In this document: positions 28,201 to 37,077 of the stretch, in pieces
Layout: every line of letters starts with the position of its first letter
How positions within the stretch are numbered: the first letter of the stretch is position 1
Notes under the pieces: model-generated
Seen by the model: only the letters and a program-made list of their open reading frames with translations
Databases searched by the model: none
What the model was told of the DNA's origin: nothing
Assembly (NCBI GenBank): GCA_938045585.1
Contig: CALIAU010000004.1
Coordinates: 25,534 to 89,533 of the forward strand
Direction of reading: 5' to 3'
Source of the DNA: an uncultured Saprospiraceae bacterium
GTDB lineage: Bacteria > Bacteroidota > Bacteroidia > Chitinophagales > Saprospiraceae
Length of the DNA: 64,000 nt
Position numbers and translations under genes: made by a program

Positions 28201-30704
28201 GAACACATAGTAAGCGGGTCCGTTGCTGTAATAGTGACTGGTCCCATGACTGCAGGAATGGTAAAGACATATTCTGCACCTCCCCCTGATATCGTTGCAC
28301 CAGTTACATCAATAAGAACATCTGTAGGTACTCCTGTATTCAGGGTAAACATATATTCCATGTTGCTGTTAATACAGGCGTCATCAAAAAATGAAAAACT
28401 TGGGCTTTGGTTTACATTGACTGTGACTACAGCTGATGCGTCAGGACATCCTGCCGTTCCTGTAATCGTATATGTAAAGTCATACGTTCCTGCAGCAACG
28501 CCTACAAAATTTATAGCCATATCATTTGCAAAACTTACGCCTGCACCATCTTCATCAGTCCAACTCCCATTACTCGCTGCTCCCGCTCCCAGTGCTGCAA
28601 ATAAATTTACAGCATCACTTTCTAGTGTACAGACATCAATTAGACCATTCATCCCTGCATTGGGAGCATCCACTATATTTAATTGAATTGCTATGGCATC
28701 CGAAGGACAACTCCCATTATCTACTACCGCATAGATGGTCGTACTCATATTCGTTGTATAGGGCGAACTTGTAATTGCAGTTGTCAAGGCTGCATCTTCA
28801 AACCATAATACCTGTTCTCCTCCTCCTATTGTTCCTTCTAAAGAAGCTATATCAAAATCAACATTCGTCCCCGCAGTTCCACAAACTTCTAAAGGCCCAG
28901 GGTCAACAGGTGTTTCTGGTGCTGCTAGGGTAACTGTCATATTACCAGGATTTGGAGTCCCAATACAACCATTGGCATCCTCTATATATGTGATTTCAAA
29001 AAACCCTGTAGTCACTAAGGTGGTTACAATCGGAGGCACACCAAAAATACCCCCTGCATTATCGCAATCTACTCCAAAGGTAGTTGCCGTTAAACAGAGG
29101 CTAATAGAATTCACTCCTGCTGCTATATCATACTGACAGGTCTCATCCAAAAACGGAATACCTGCACTCCCAAATACATCTATTATATAAGGAGCTGTTC
29201 CTCCAGTAATTGTAAATGGTAATTCCACACAATCGTTTTGACAAACTGTTGCTGAACCTAAGTCCCAAACTATAGAAGGACCAGAAGGTGGAAAATAATC
29301 TACCTGATCTGTACTCATACATCCATTCGCATCCGTAACCACCACGGTATATGTTCCTGCTTCAGCAGCAGTTACTGTAGGGTTTTGATCCATCGAAGTA
29401 AAATTAGGTCCGTCCCATTCCCAGCTCACCGCATCTCCGCCCGTTTCTTCTAAATCTATATCTGCACCTAAACATTCTATCGCTCCAAATATACCTGCAT
29501 CAGCATTGGGTTCAGCTAATGTTATAAGATCTACTTGAACAGCTTCAGACGAACAACCATTTATATTTACTATGGCATAGACTGGTGATCCCCCACTATA
29601 ACTCAGTGTATTAAATATTTGAGTATTTAGACCCGCATCTTCAAACCAGGTGACTGCACCGCTACCTCCAGAGATGGTATTTTGTAAGGAAGTCAAATCA
29701 AAGACGGCTGATCCATTTACCTCACATTCTTCTAAAGGCCCAGCTGGATTTGCCTCTGGACAAGAAATGGTCAAATTAAAAATCCCTGTCTCTACATCTG
29801 CACAGCCACCACCTGCTTGCGGATTTAAAAACCCCTGCACATCTAACAGAGTAGAAGGTGCCGTACAAAAGTTATCTAGTATCGTTTGATCGATTTGAAA
29901 ATTAAAGTCACCTATGGTAACAAGACCTGGATTGAAATTTGGAATTTGCATGGGTGGTACTGCCGTAATCCAATCACCTTCCCCATCAAGAAAAGACCAA
30001 GCGTTGGGGTCATTCCCAAATGAAATTTCATATGAATCACAACCAGCTAAAGATACTGTATATAACGAATTTCCTGCATTGATAAAAAATCCACCATCGC
30101 AACTGGTATTATTTGATGCAAGTACATAAATTGGTAACCCAAGAACACACAACTCATTAATATCATACATTTCTGTTCCAATAGCAGATGACTGTATAAT
30201 TAGAATTGCATCACTAGGAATGAAGGTACTCGCATCAGCTGCTATCAAGCCACAATCAGGAGTAAATACTGAAGTATTACCCATTACATAGGGAGATAGA
30301 GTATTCATAAACATATTTTCAACATCGACATCACTCGCGATAAACCCGGTGTCTCCAGTATGTAACACAATATACTCATCACACCTATCTGGCCCAGGTG
30401 GAGGATCAACCAGTACATACATCGCCTGAGGACCTCCTGCACAATCTGTAGTAATAGGAGAACATCCAATAAATTGAGACCCTGTTGACACAGCTCCATT
30501 GAGATCAATATACCAATCAATGCAATCTCCATCATTCATCCCTGTGCCCGTCAATTCAAAGGTAATATCATCCCCTAAACAGAGGTCACAATTAAATGCA
30601 CAATCCGGAGTAGAATTTTCTGAAGTGAGTTCAGGACACTGGGCCCCTAGAAATGAAAAGAAAAAACTGCAGAACAGCACATTCAGTGTATGGTGTAATC
30701 TCAT
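25218..30704 (-). CDS. large (1828 aa) cell-surface protein with T9SS type B C-terminal domain
   Basis: Signal peptide. C-terminal IPSIFSANNDGSNDVFFVQ...YDRWGNRVYY...GWEGDWNG...NPGVYVYY. Ig-like module ...DAVSWEWDGPNF...AAEAGTYTVVVTDANGC is shared with the 4383-aa neighbour. Confidence 0.9.
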   Translation of the reverse strand: MRLHHTLNVLFCSFFFSFLGAQCPELTSENSTPDCAFNCDLCLGDDITFELTGTGMNDGDCIDWYIDLNGAVSTGSQFIGCSPITTDCAGGPQAMYVLVDPPPGPDRCDEYIVLHTGDTGFIASDVDVENMFMNTLSPYVMGNTSVFTPDCGLIAADASTFIPSDAILIIQSSAIGTEMYDINELCVLGLPIYVLASNNTSCDGGFFINAGNSLYTVSLAGCDSYEISFGNDPNAWSFLDGEGDWITAVPPMQIPNFNPGLVTIGDFNFQIDQTILDNFCTAPSTLLDVQGFLNPQAGGGCADVETGIFNLTISCPEANPAGPLEECEVNGSAVFDLTSLQNTISGGSGAVTWFEDAGLNTQIFNTLSYSGGSPVYAIVNINGCSSEAVQVDLITLAEPNADAGIFGAIECLGADIDLEETGGDAVSWEWDGPNFTSMDQNPTVTAAEAGTYTVVVTDANGCMSTDQVDYFPPSGPSIVWDLGSATVCQNDCVELPFTITGGTAPYIIDVFGSAGIPFLDETCQYDIAAGVNSISLCLTATTFGVDCDNAGGIFGVPPIVTTLVTTGFFEITYIEDANGCIGTPNPGNMTVTLAAPETPVDPGPLEVCGTAGTNVDFDIASLEGTIGGGEQVLWFEDAALTTAITSSPYTTNMSTTIYAVVDNGSCPSDAIAIQLNIVDAPNAGMNGLIDVCTLESDAVNLFAALGAGAASNGSWTDEDGAGVSFANDMAINFVGVAAGTYDFTYTITGTAGCPDASAVVTVNVNQSPSFSFFDDACINSNMEYMFTLNTGVPTDVLIDVTGATISGGGAEYVFTIPAVMGPVTITATDPLTMCSNEFMFTFMGCDCGAVADPTNQDIEYCSDEAIPAIDAMIEAGLTANWYDDMGMLVFTGNPFQPTAPGTYFIEAVDSDGCTSSQVEFELIEETTFLVGQSNEVFVCAGGTFNLLDALSGNTFVGEFTDTTAVGALTGTFLNTDVLVEGNAYLFSHFGSGIFPCEEDAVADIVVNIVSMVSAGPNVLDTLCAMDAYDLINSLPPDADLGGVFSDPNNTGTLSGSIFTPSTGGPFGFLYTVGGGACPEDVSEIVIDVRMETTVSFTSQITDLCEGACGEFLLEYSSDSAQAFFEIVDEDGNVDIDTLVLGPSPSASFPLIVCNNFNPAVLEFLILEPSHEYTITLFGVETFGGCAFEFDEIIELTTYGNDTLFIDQTLCTGGSLNVGGQVFDESNPSDTLVLNTIFNCDSIIAVNLEFTSFSELVVDGEVCNEFEVELNGTTYDINNQSGSDMIPGGSVFGCDSVITVDLEFLDAAVGNFTGPICENETVTIGGIDFNMGNPIGSAVIDDGSAQGCDTTVMVNLQFHPPAEFLMDDELCTGESIIILGEVFDENNPTGSVLIPSASVNGCDSIVNVSLTFSTQLAGEINGMFCPDFSVTVNNEVYDINNQTGSELLLGGSAEGCDSLVNIDLEFFPVSEDFLNLSLCPGSVEIINGTEYSETNLSGTEIFPNASVNGCDSTLFVTVSIDQEVMASLTDTLCAGESITLGGMTFDENTPSGSAVVNASSAQECDTMFMVNLVFDRNYQFSVAEGCEGDDFVEVTLVSADILNFPISIMNTGDGQTYQTNSLPFSFFVSTAGASAEIIDANACSEVQIFQINVNNNPQLDAILGSIVGDGFNVSFTSNVSIDSVVWSPSSLVECVNCVSTIASAQDSSMLFLEAYYGNGCVLFDTLIIAPVASTDIYIPSIFSANNDGSNDVFFVQSESEYELRDFTIYDRWGNRVYYVSSAFTNDPAIGWEGDWNGVDLNPGVYVYYFDVEIPGRGVLRFAGNVTLLR
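25986..27077 (-). repeat. 7 x ~52 aa coding repeat (C-x-G-[ED]-S ... F-D-E-x-N-P-x-G-S ... G-C-D-S-x-V-x-V-x-L-x-F)
   Basis: Seven consecutive units read from the translation, e.g. CTGGSLNVGGQVFDESNPSD...NCDSIIAVNLEF and CTGESIIILGEVFDENNPTGS...GCDSIVNVSLTF. 1092 nt / 7 = 52 aa. Confidence 0.8.
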
Positions 30705-30933
30705 TATGGCAATATCAAATTAAGCTGGAGGCCTTGGGGTTTAAAATTACAACTTAGAGTTGAGAAATCAGGAATAAGTCTATTCCAATATTTAACAAAA
30801 AGTAAAAAAATAGCTCTCTAGGTGCCCTATTATCTTAATTATCCACAGAATCGCTAAACTTCCGAATAATCCGGCTTAAAAAGCTTGTCAAGCAGCTATT
30901 CCTAAATCAAAGCACTTTCATATATGCTTTTAC

Positions 30934-30941
30934 TATATTTG
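30934..30941 (+). promoter_or_regulatory. candidate Bacteroidota sigma-A -7 box (TATATTTG) for lysS
   Basis: Exact match to TAnnTTTG, 22 nt upstream of the lysS ATG. No convincing -33 TTG identified. Confidence 0.3.
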
Positions 30942-30962
30942 AGCCTAAATTTTCAAGAATAG

Positions 30963-32474
30963 ATGGCTCAAAACTTATCAGAACAGGAACTTGTACGTAG
31001 AGATAATATGCAAAAATTGATTGATCTTGGTATTAACCCCTATCCGGGTTCATCAGTAGACATCAATGCAAGCGCGCAGGAAATACGATCTAACTTTGCT
31101 GAAGGTGAATCTACTTATCAAGATGTATGTTTAGCAGGTAGACTTATGTCTAGACGTATCATGGGAAAAGCAAGTTTCGCAGAACTTATGGATAGCTCTG
31201 GTCGCATCCAATTGTATGTCTCTAGAGATGACATTTGCCCTGGAGAAAATAAAGACATGTACAACACAGTCTTTAAAAAATTACTCGACCTCGGTGACTT
31301 TATAAGAGTAAAAGGCTTTGCCTTTTTCACACAAAAAAATGAACTGACTATTCATGTAAAAGAATTGGAACTACTCAGTAAATCTCTTAAGCCTCTACCC
31401 ATTGTAAAAATAGATGCAGACGGGGAAGCGCATGATGCAGTTACTGATCCTGAATTAAGATATAGACAGCGTTACGTGGATCTTGTAGTAAACCCAGAAG
31501 TCCGTGAGACCTTTAGGAAGCGTACACAGATGTATAATACTATCCGTGAATTCCTAAATGAAAAAGACTATCTCGAGGTAGAAACACCTATTCTTCAACC
31601 GCTCTATGGTGGTGCGGCAGCTAGACCATTTACAACCCACCATAACACTTTAGATATGAAGTTATATTTGCGGATTGCAAATGAACTCTATCTGAAACGA
31701 TTAATCGTAGGTGGCTACGATGGTGTGTATGAATTTTCTAAGGATTTTAGGAACGAAGGAATGAGTCGTTTTCATAATCCAGAGTTTACACAGATCGAAC
31801 TATACGTAGCATACAAGGATTACAACTGGATGATGGATCTTGTTGAAGAGATGGTAGAACGCATTGCTATTGCCCTGCATGGTACCACAGAGGTACAAGT
31901 CGGAGAAAATATGATTAATTTTAAGCGCCCTTGGAAACGACTTAGCATGTTTGAAGCTATCGAACATTTTACAGGTGTTGACATTTCTGCAATGGACGAA
32001 GATGCTCTAAGAGAGACCGCTAAAAAACTGGATGTACATATTGATAAAAAATTAGGAAAAGGAAAAATCATCGATGAGATATTTGGTGAAAAATGTGAAG
32101 GACAACTTATTCAACCTACCTTCATAACAGACTACCCTATAGAAATGTCTCCACTTGCTAAAAAGCACAGATCTAAAGAAGGCTTAGTGGAACGCTTTGA
32201 AGCAATCTGTAACGCAAAAGAAATTTGTAATGCCTTTACTGAATTAAATGACCCGATAGATCAAAGACAACGATTTGAAGATCAACTAGAACTTGGCAAA
32301 CGAGGAGACGAAGAAGCTATGGTTCTTGATGAAGACTTTTTACGTGCACTAGAATACGGCATGCCACCCACAGTTGGCCTAGGAATAGGAATGGATAGAC
32401 TCGCCATGATTATGACGAATTCTAATTCCATACAAGACGTCTTATTCTTTCCACAAATGAAACCTGAAAAGTAG
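30963..32474 (+). CDS. lysS: lysine--tRNA ligase (class II)
   Basis: Full-length 503 aa with an OB-fold N-domain and class II motifs (FRNEG, ELNDP, GxGxGxDR: GLGIGMDRLAM). Confidence 0.95.
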   Translation: MAQNLSEQELVRRDNMQKLIDLGINPYPGSSVDINASAQEIRSNFAEGESTYQDVCLAGRLMSRRIMGKASFAELMDSSGRIQLYVSRDDICPGENKDMYNTVFKKLLDLGDFIRVKGFAFFTQKNELTIHVKELELLSKSLKPLPIVKIDADGEAHDAVTDPELRYRQRYVDLVVNPEVRETFRKRTQMYNTIREFLNEKDYLEVETPILQPLYGGAAARPFTTHHNTLDMKLYLRIANELYLKRLIVGGYDGVYEFSKDFRNEGMSRFHNPEFTQIELYVAYKDYNWMMDLVEEMVERIAIALHGTTEVQVGENMINFKRPWKRLSMFEAIEHFTGVDISAMDEDALRETAKKLDVHIDKKLGKGKIIDEIFGEKCEGQLIQPTFITDYPIEMSPLAKKHRSKEGLVERFEAICNAKEICNAFTELNDPIDQRQRFEDQLELGKRGDEEAMVLDEDFLRALEYGMPPTVGLGIGMDRLAMIMTNSNSIQDVLFFPQMKPEK

Positions 32475-33230
32475 TTGCTCACTAAGCTCATAGGAAATGT
32501 CCGAGCAACGATACGAGCCCTGATACTCGTGCTCACACTGATAAGCTTTATGCTATCCTATGTGATTTCGTTATTATTTCGAAAACGTACAAAGGCTACC
32601 GATTTTGCACTACGCAGAAGCTGGGTGCGCTTAGCATCCAACGTCCTAGGTATACAATTTGAAGTGAGCGGAGAACCCTATGACCAAGCGGCTCTATATG
32701 TCAGCAATCATAGAAGTTTTTCTGACCCACTTATTTCTACCATGTTCATTGACACCTACGTAATTGCCAAAGCTGAAGTGGCAGGATATCCATTGATCAA
32801 TAAGGGTGCGGAAATGACAGGCGTTCTTTATGTCAAACGTGAAGACAAAAACAGTAGATCAGCAGCGCGGCAAGCACTCGTTGACACTATCTTAGCTGGT
32901 AATAATGTAATGGTCTACCCAGAGGGAACCGTTTCTAAAAACAAGGAGGTTATTCCATACAAACACGGTACATTTAAAGAAGCAGGCATCCACAATATCC
33001 CTGTTGTACCCATTGCCATAGAATATAAGGATGAGGTAGATCTCTGGCCACAAGGTAGTTTTGTAAAACAATTTTACAGACAATTTAAAAAAGGGAACAC
33101 CTATGTGAAAATGACCATTGGCCCTGTGTTCCAGAATTCTGATGGCGCGGCTTTGCGGACTGAGGTAGAAGCGTGGACTAACAAAGAACTTGCCCGACTT
33201 CAAGAAGCTTGGTCCAATGTCTTTCCATAA
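32475..33230 (+). CDS. lysophospholipid (1-acyl-sn-glycerol-3-phosphate) acyltransferase, PlsC family
   Basis: HX4D motif NHRSFSDP, PEGT motif (VYPEGTVS) and an N-terminal TM helix. The TTG start abuts the lysS stop. Start codon is uncertain. Confidence 0.75.
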   Translation: MLTKLIGNVRATIRALILVLTLISFMLSYVISLLFRKRTKATDFALRRSWVRLASNVLGIQFEVSGEPYDQAALYVSNHRSFSDPLISTMFIDTYVIAKAEVAGYPLINKGAEMTGVLYVKREDKNSRSAARQALVDTILAGNNVMVYPEGTVSKNKEVIPYKHGTFKEAGIHNIPVVPIAIEYKDEVDLWPQGSFVKQFYRQFKKGNTYVKMTIGPVFQNSDGAALRTEVEAWTNKELARLQEAWSNVFP

Positions 33231-33257
33231 AAAACATTTTTATTTCTAGAATGATTT

Positions 33258-33386
33258 GGGCGTGCCAGCTCATCCGTTCCGGATTAGTTGTCGGGCTATT
33301 CAGGGGTTCCGTCCCTTCGGGACACCTTAACTTACCTGCAAGCGCAGGCAAGCAGGTCCCTTACTATCCCTCACGCAGGTAGGTCC
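33258..33386. other. GC-rich structured intergenic element (REP-like element or small RNA candidate)
   Basis: Sits between convergent genes. Visibly GC-rich compared with its flanks. Contains hairpins gtccc-ttc-gggac and cctgc-aagc-gcagg, plus the direct repeat tccctcacgca(g/a) twice, 15 nt apart. Confidence 0.4.
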
Positions 33387-33461
33387 CTCACGCAAGTTTC
33401 TTTGTCACTTAAATCGACTCGACTAAAACTTGCTAAGTCTAATCCCTAGCATCATCTTACT

Positions 33462-35078
33462 CTACTTTTTTACAGAAAATTTCTGTGTGATGCGTTTACC
33501 AGAATCAGAATCTCCTAGTTCAAGTAGATAAATACCATTTTTCAAATTAGAAACATCTAGTGTATTTGAAAAAGCACCTGAGCCCAGGGTATTTCCCATA
33601 AGGTCATACATTGTAAATTTGTCCACTGGAAAATCTGTAGTAATATGGATGTTTGACTGTGTTGGGTTTGGAAATATATTGAACTCTACATCAGATTGCA
33701 CAATTGACGTTGAAGAGAGAGTATTTACATCTACATAATGTGGTTCATAACCTACTCCATCTCCATCTGCAAAAAATATAAGTTTGTCATCAAATAAAAT
33801 CAGACGCTCTGGAGTGGATTGTCCATTTGGATTTATTTCTATTTCCGTTGTTCCATCGGAGGTTCCGTCTGTAACCCATAACTCTCTATTAAACGCCCTT
33901 CCTCCTACAAAAAATAAGAAATCTTCTGTAGCAACTAAATCGCTTTGAAAGTACACCTGACCGTTTACCCATTCGTCCAGATGAGAAACTTCTTCCGTAC
34001 CTGCCGCTGTTCCATCCGTCTTATAGATTTGGAATCCAGTTTCATCCTTTCCTCCAATGTAATAGACAAGGTCTTTGAATAAAACTTTTTTTCTTGGAAC
34101 AATAGGAATAAATGCATCGTCATCTTCTAAATCTATAATTTCATATGTTCCATTACTCGTTCCGTCTGATCTCCAAAGCTCTCCGTTATTTATCATTTCG
34201 GCACCTACAAAAAGTGCAATGCCATTATAGTCAATGAAAAATTCTCCCTGGTTATTTTGTGCACCAGCATTCACGAGTTCCTTTACAAGAGTAGTTCCAG
34301 CAACTGTCCCATCAGATCTCCATAAATCCCAATCCGTACCATTCACCATAATCATGTAATCCTCCATATTATACACATAGATGGGATTAAATCTATTTCC
34401 TTCATGATCTTCATCAAGTAACATGACTGTACCAGCAGTTGTCCCATCAGTCTTCCAAAACCCTTCAAAAGTCACATCAAAGAATAATTCATCATTAAAA
34501 ATATTAAAGTTCTCGGCAGAACGCTGTGGATGATTTAATTGCGCTACCTCGACTGTACCTGCAGCAGTTCCATCTGTTTTATATAGTCTTCTTTGACTAG
34601 AACCGATATTCGAATTAAAATAGAGTTCGTTTTTATAGACTACTATGGACTTTGCAATTAAACTATTACAACAGTTTATTGCACCTCCTTCTGATCCAGG
34701 GAGTAAATCTACTATCATTTCTGTCCCTGCTTCTGTCCCATCAGAGGTCCACCATTCATCTCCATGTGTTCCATCGTCCGCAATAAAAACAAGTTGATCA
34801 TTGAGTATGTATAGGTTCTGTACATCTGAACCATCAGGACCGGGATTAATATCTTTAAAGAGTGAAACATTTTGACCATCATATACCCATAACTCTAAAC
34901 CAAACTCCGCATTCTTAGCAGAAAAATACAGTTTGTTTTTATACTCTAAATACGAACGATCTAGACTAAACTCAAAAGAACCCTCTGATCCTGGATTAAT
35001 ATCCATAAGTAATTTAGCTGTTTGACTATGTAGAGGCAAAACAATAAATAGGGAAAAGAATAATAAAAGTTGACGCAT
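33462..35078 (-). CDS. ELWxxDGT-repeat beta-propeller protein with T9SS type A C-terminal sorting domain
   Basis: Repeated ELW[VR][ST]DGT-x-[AS/D]GT motifs (ELWVYDG, EWWTSDGTEAGT, ELWRSDGTSNGT, ELWVTDGTSDGT). Signal peptide. C-terminal FNIFPNPTQSNIHI... tail. Confidence 0.8.
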   Translation of the reverse strand: MRQLLLFFSLFIVLPLHSQTAKLLMDINPGSEGSFEFSLDRSYLEYKNKLYFSAKNAEFGLELWVYDGQNVSLFKDINPGPDGSDVQNLYILNDQLVFIADDGTHGDEWWTSDGTEAGTEMIVDLLPGSEGGAINCCNSLIAKSIVVYKNELYFNSNIGSSQRRLYKTDGTAAGTVEVAQLNHPQRSAENFNIFNDELFFDVTFEGFWKTDGTTAGTVMLLDEDHEGNRFNPIYVYNMEDYMIMVNGTDWDLWRSDGTVAGTTLVKELVNAGAQNNQGEFFIDYNGIALFVGAEMINNGELWRSDGTSNGTYEIIDLEDDDAFIPIVPRKKVLFKDLVYYIGGKDETGFQIYKTDGTAAGTEEVSHLDEWVNGQVYFQSDLVATEDFLFFVGGRAFNRELWVTDGTSDGTTEIEINPNGQSTPERLILFDDKLIFFADGDGVGYEPHYVDVNTLSSTSIVQSDVEFNIFPNPTQSNIHITTDFPVDKFTMYDLMGNTLGSGAFSNTLDVSNLKNGIYLLELGDSDSGKRITQKFSVKK

Positions 35079-35268
35079 GTGTTTTGGTTTTGATTATGAA
35101 AGTAAAATCTTGAGAGTAGGAAAATAGAACAAAAAAGAGAATTACTCAAACCTTAGGATCAAAAAATCTAATTTGTTCCTAAGATGTACTAAACGAACTG
35201 AAGAGGTGAAACTCCTGGGTAAGAAGTAAACAGGAAAATCAAAAATTACGGCAGATTGCCTCTAAAAG

Positions 35269-35640
35269 TTAATCCTTTGGAACAAATTTTAATGAAAGGG
35301 AATTCACACAATGTCTAGTGTTCTTCTCTGTTAATCGTTCGCCTACAAAAACATGACCCAAATGTCCATTACATGAATTACAAACTATTTCCACGCGCCT
35401 TCCATCTGCATCGGGCAAACGCTTTACTGCACCAGCAATCTCATCATCAAAGGCCGGCCACCCACATCGCGAATCAAATTTAGAATCTGACGTATACAGG
35501 GCAGTATTACACTGACGACAAATATAGGTACCACTTGCATAGTGCTTGTCGTACTCTCCTGTATAGGGTCTTTCTGTCCCTTTTTTTAAAATGACATATG
35601 CTTCTTCTTCTGTGAGTTTATTATAGCCTTTTTCTTCCAT
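35269..35640 (-). CDS. msrB: peptide-methionine (R)-S-oxide reductase
   Basis: Two CxxC zinc pairs ([20 protein letters not shown]) and catalytic RHCVNS. Confidence 0.9.
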   Translation of the reverse strand: MEEKGYNKLTEEEAYVILKKGTERPYTGEYDKHYASGTYICRQCNTALYTSDSKFDSRCGWPAFDDEIAGAVKRLPDADGRRVEIVCNSCNGHLGHVFVGERLTEKNTRHCVNSLSLKFVPKD

Positions 35641-35649
35641 GATTCTTAT

Positions 35650-36189
35650 TTATGAATTTGCGTATTCTTCTTTTGTATATGCTTTATACTTTGTCATAAG
35701 TTTAGACACTTTTGGTCCTATGACAAAACTACAATATCCTTTACTAGAATTTTGCATGTAATAGTTTTGATGGTATTTTTCTGCTGGATAATATTTTGGC
35801 AAAGGGCTGAGTTCGGTTACTATTGGATCATCATAGATTTCTGCAGCACGTCTAATAGCATTTTCAGCAATCAATTTCTCTTCTTCGTTTGCATAATAGA
35901 TAACTGACCTGTATTGTGTACCCACATCATTGCCCTGTCTGTTTAAAGTAGTAGGATCATGGAAGACAAAGAAAAAGTCAAGTATCACATCTAAGTTTAT
36001 TTCCTCAGAGTTATACTGAATCTTAATCACTTCGGCATGCCCAGTTGTTCCCGTACATATCGCCTTATAATCCGGATTTTCAGTCTGTCCACCGCAGTAT
36101 CCAGACTCTACATGATGTACTCCCTTCAATCTTTGAAAGACTGCTTCTGTGCACCAAAAGCATCCTCCTCCTAAGGTTATTTCTTGCAT
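35650..36189 (-). CDS. msrA: peptide-methionine (S)-S-oxide reductase
   Basis: GGGCFWC active-site motif directly after Met26 of the tracked ORF (MQEITLGGGCFWCTE). The upstream 25 codons contain a hairpin and are probably non-coding. Confidence 0.9.
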   Translation of the reverse strand: MQEITLGGGCFWCTEAVFQRLKGVHHVESGYCGGQTENPDYKAICTGTTGHAEVIKIQYNSEEINLDVILDFFFVFHDPTTLNRQGNDVGTQYRSVIYYANEEEKLIAENAIRRAAEIYDDPIVTELSPLPKYYPAEKYHQNYYMQNSSKGYCSFVIGPKVSKLMTKYKAYTKEEYANS

Positions 36190-36234
36190 ACTATCATAAA
36201 TGCTTTTCAAGATAAAATGTTCATTAAAACACTG

Positions 36235-36258
36235 AAAGCCCACAATGATGTGGGCTTT
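36235..36258 (-). terminator. putative terminator hairpin for the upstream coiled-coil gene
   Basis: aaagcccaca-atga-tgtgggcttt, a perfect 10-bp stem located 26 nt after the stop at 36284-36286. Confidence 0.45.
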
Positions 36259-36283
36259 TAGCAAAAGTACAAGTCATTACATC

Positions 36284-37057
36284 TTAGGCTTCTCTGATTC
36301 CTAGTTTAACTAGGATAGTTTCTGCCTTGGAAGCGGAACCATCATCACTTTGATGCTTGATCAATTCATCCCAATCTCCCTTGGCCGCTAAGGCAGCCTG
36401 TGCTGGCCAATCAGAAGGATCGATTATTTGATATTTCGTTCCATACTTTTCTTGATCTAAGATGCTACGCAGTTCATCAAATGACTTTGTCGCTAGGACT
36501 GACCATGAAGATATTCCATTGGAATTTAATACCTCATCCATCTTAGGTCCTATACCTTCGATTATTTGCATATTATTTGTCTTCAATTTTGCCCATTTCC
36601 CTTCCCCTGCAGTTGTTGGTGTTTCTGCTTTAGGCGCAGGCGGAGGTGGTGGTGTAGGCTTGGGAGTAGATGTAAATGAAGAACTCGCTGCTCCAGCACC
36701 AGATGCTGCTGCTAAAGAGGAAGCAGAAGAAGATTTAGCTGCCTTTTTAGCATCCTCCAAATTCTTTTTAGCCTCATCTAGGTCCGCTTGCAAATATTTA
36801 TTTGTGCGCTCCACCTCTCTAATTCTTCCTCGCTCTAAGGCAAGATCACTATCTAATTCTGCAGAACGCTTTCGACATTTGTCTAGATCATCTTCTAAGC
36901 CAGCATGTTTCTTTTTCCAATCTGCCACCTCGCGTTCTAATTCTTCCGTTCTTGTCTTCCACTTGGCCATCATTGCTCTACCTAATAACCATCCTAATAA
37001 AGCGGGCAATATCCACCAGAGCCACCAGTATTGACATAAGTTTTGTAATATATCCAT
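36284..37057 (-). CDS. membrane-anchored coiled-coil protein with Pro-rich linker and C-terminal helix-hairpin-helix-like domain
   Basis: N-terminal TM (WWLWWILPALLGWLLG). Charged heptad-like segment, PKPTPPPPPAPK linker and an IEGIGPKMDEVLNSNGISSW HhH-type motif. The antisense ORF 36462..37034 is low-complexity and was rejected. Confidence 0.55.
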   Translation of the reverse strand: MDILQNLCQYWWLWWILPALLGWLLGRAMMAKWKTRTEELEREVADWKKKHAGLEDDLDKCRKRSAELDSDLALERGRIREVERTNKYLQADLDEAKKNLEDAKKAAKSSSASSLAAASGAGAASSSFTSTPKPTPPPPPAPKAETPTTAGEGKWAKLKTNNMQIIEGIGPKMDEVLNSNGISSWSVLATKSFDELRSILDQEKYGTKYQIIDPSDWPAQAALAAKGDWDELIKHQSDDGSASKAETILVKLGIREA

Positions 37058-37077
37058 TGTTATTTCTTTTTGTTTTG

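Noticed and set aside
30705-30962. Possible lysine riboswitch (L-box) in the 258-nt region upstream of lysS
   Set aside because: I could not find the conserved L-box core helices. The region is a divergent promoter gap, and a TAnnTTTG box only 22 nt from the ATG leaves no room for a leader aptamer.
36190-36264. 25-codon N-terminal extension of msrA in the ORF track
   Set aside because: The conserved GCFWC motif follows Met26 directly. The extension contains a perfect 10-bp hairpin (36235-36258) that fits a terminator for the upstream gene better.
36462-37034. 190-aa plus-strand ORF antisense to the coiled-coil gene
   Set aside because: Low-complexity Gly/Ala/Ser product with no start context. 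The minus-strand frame has a TM anchor, a coiled coil and an HhH-like motif.
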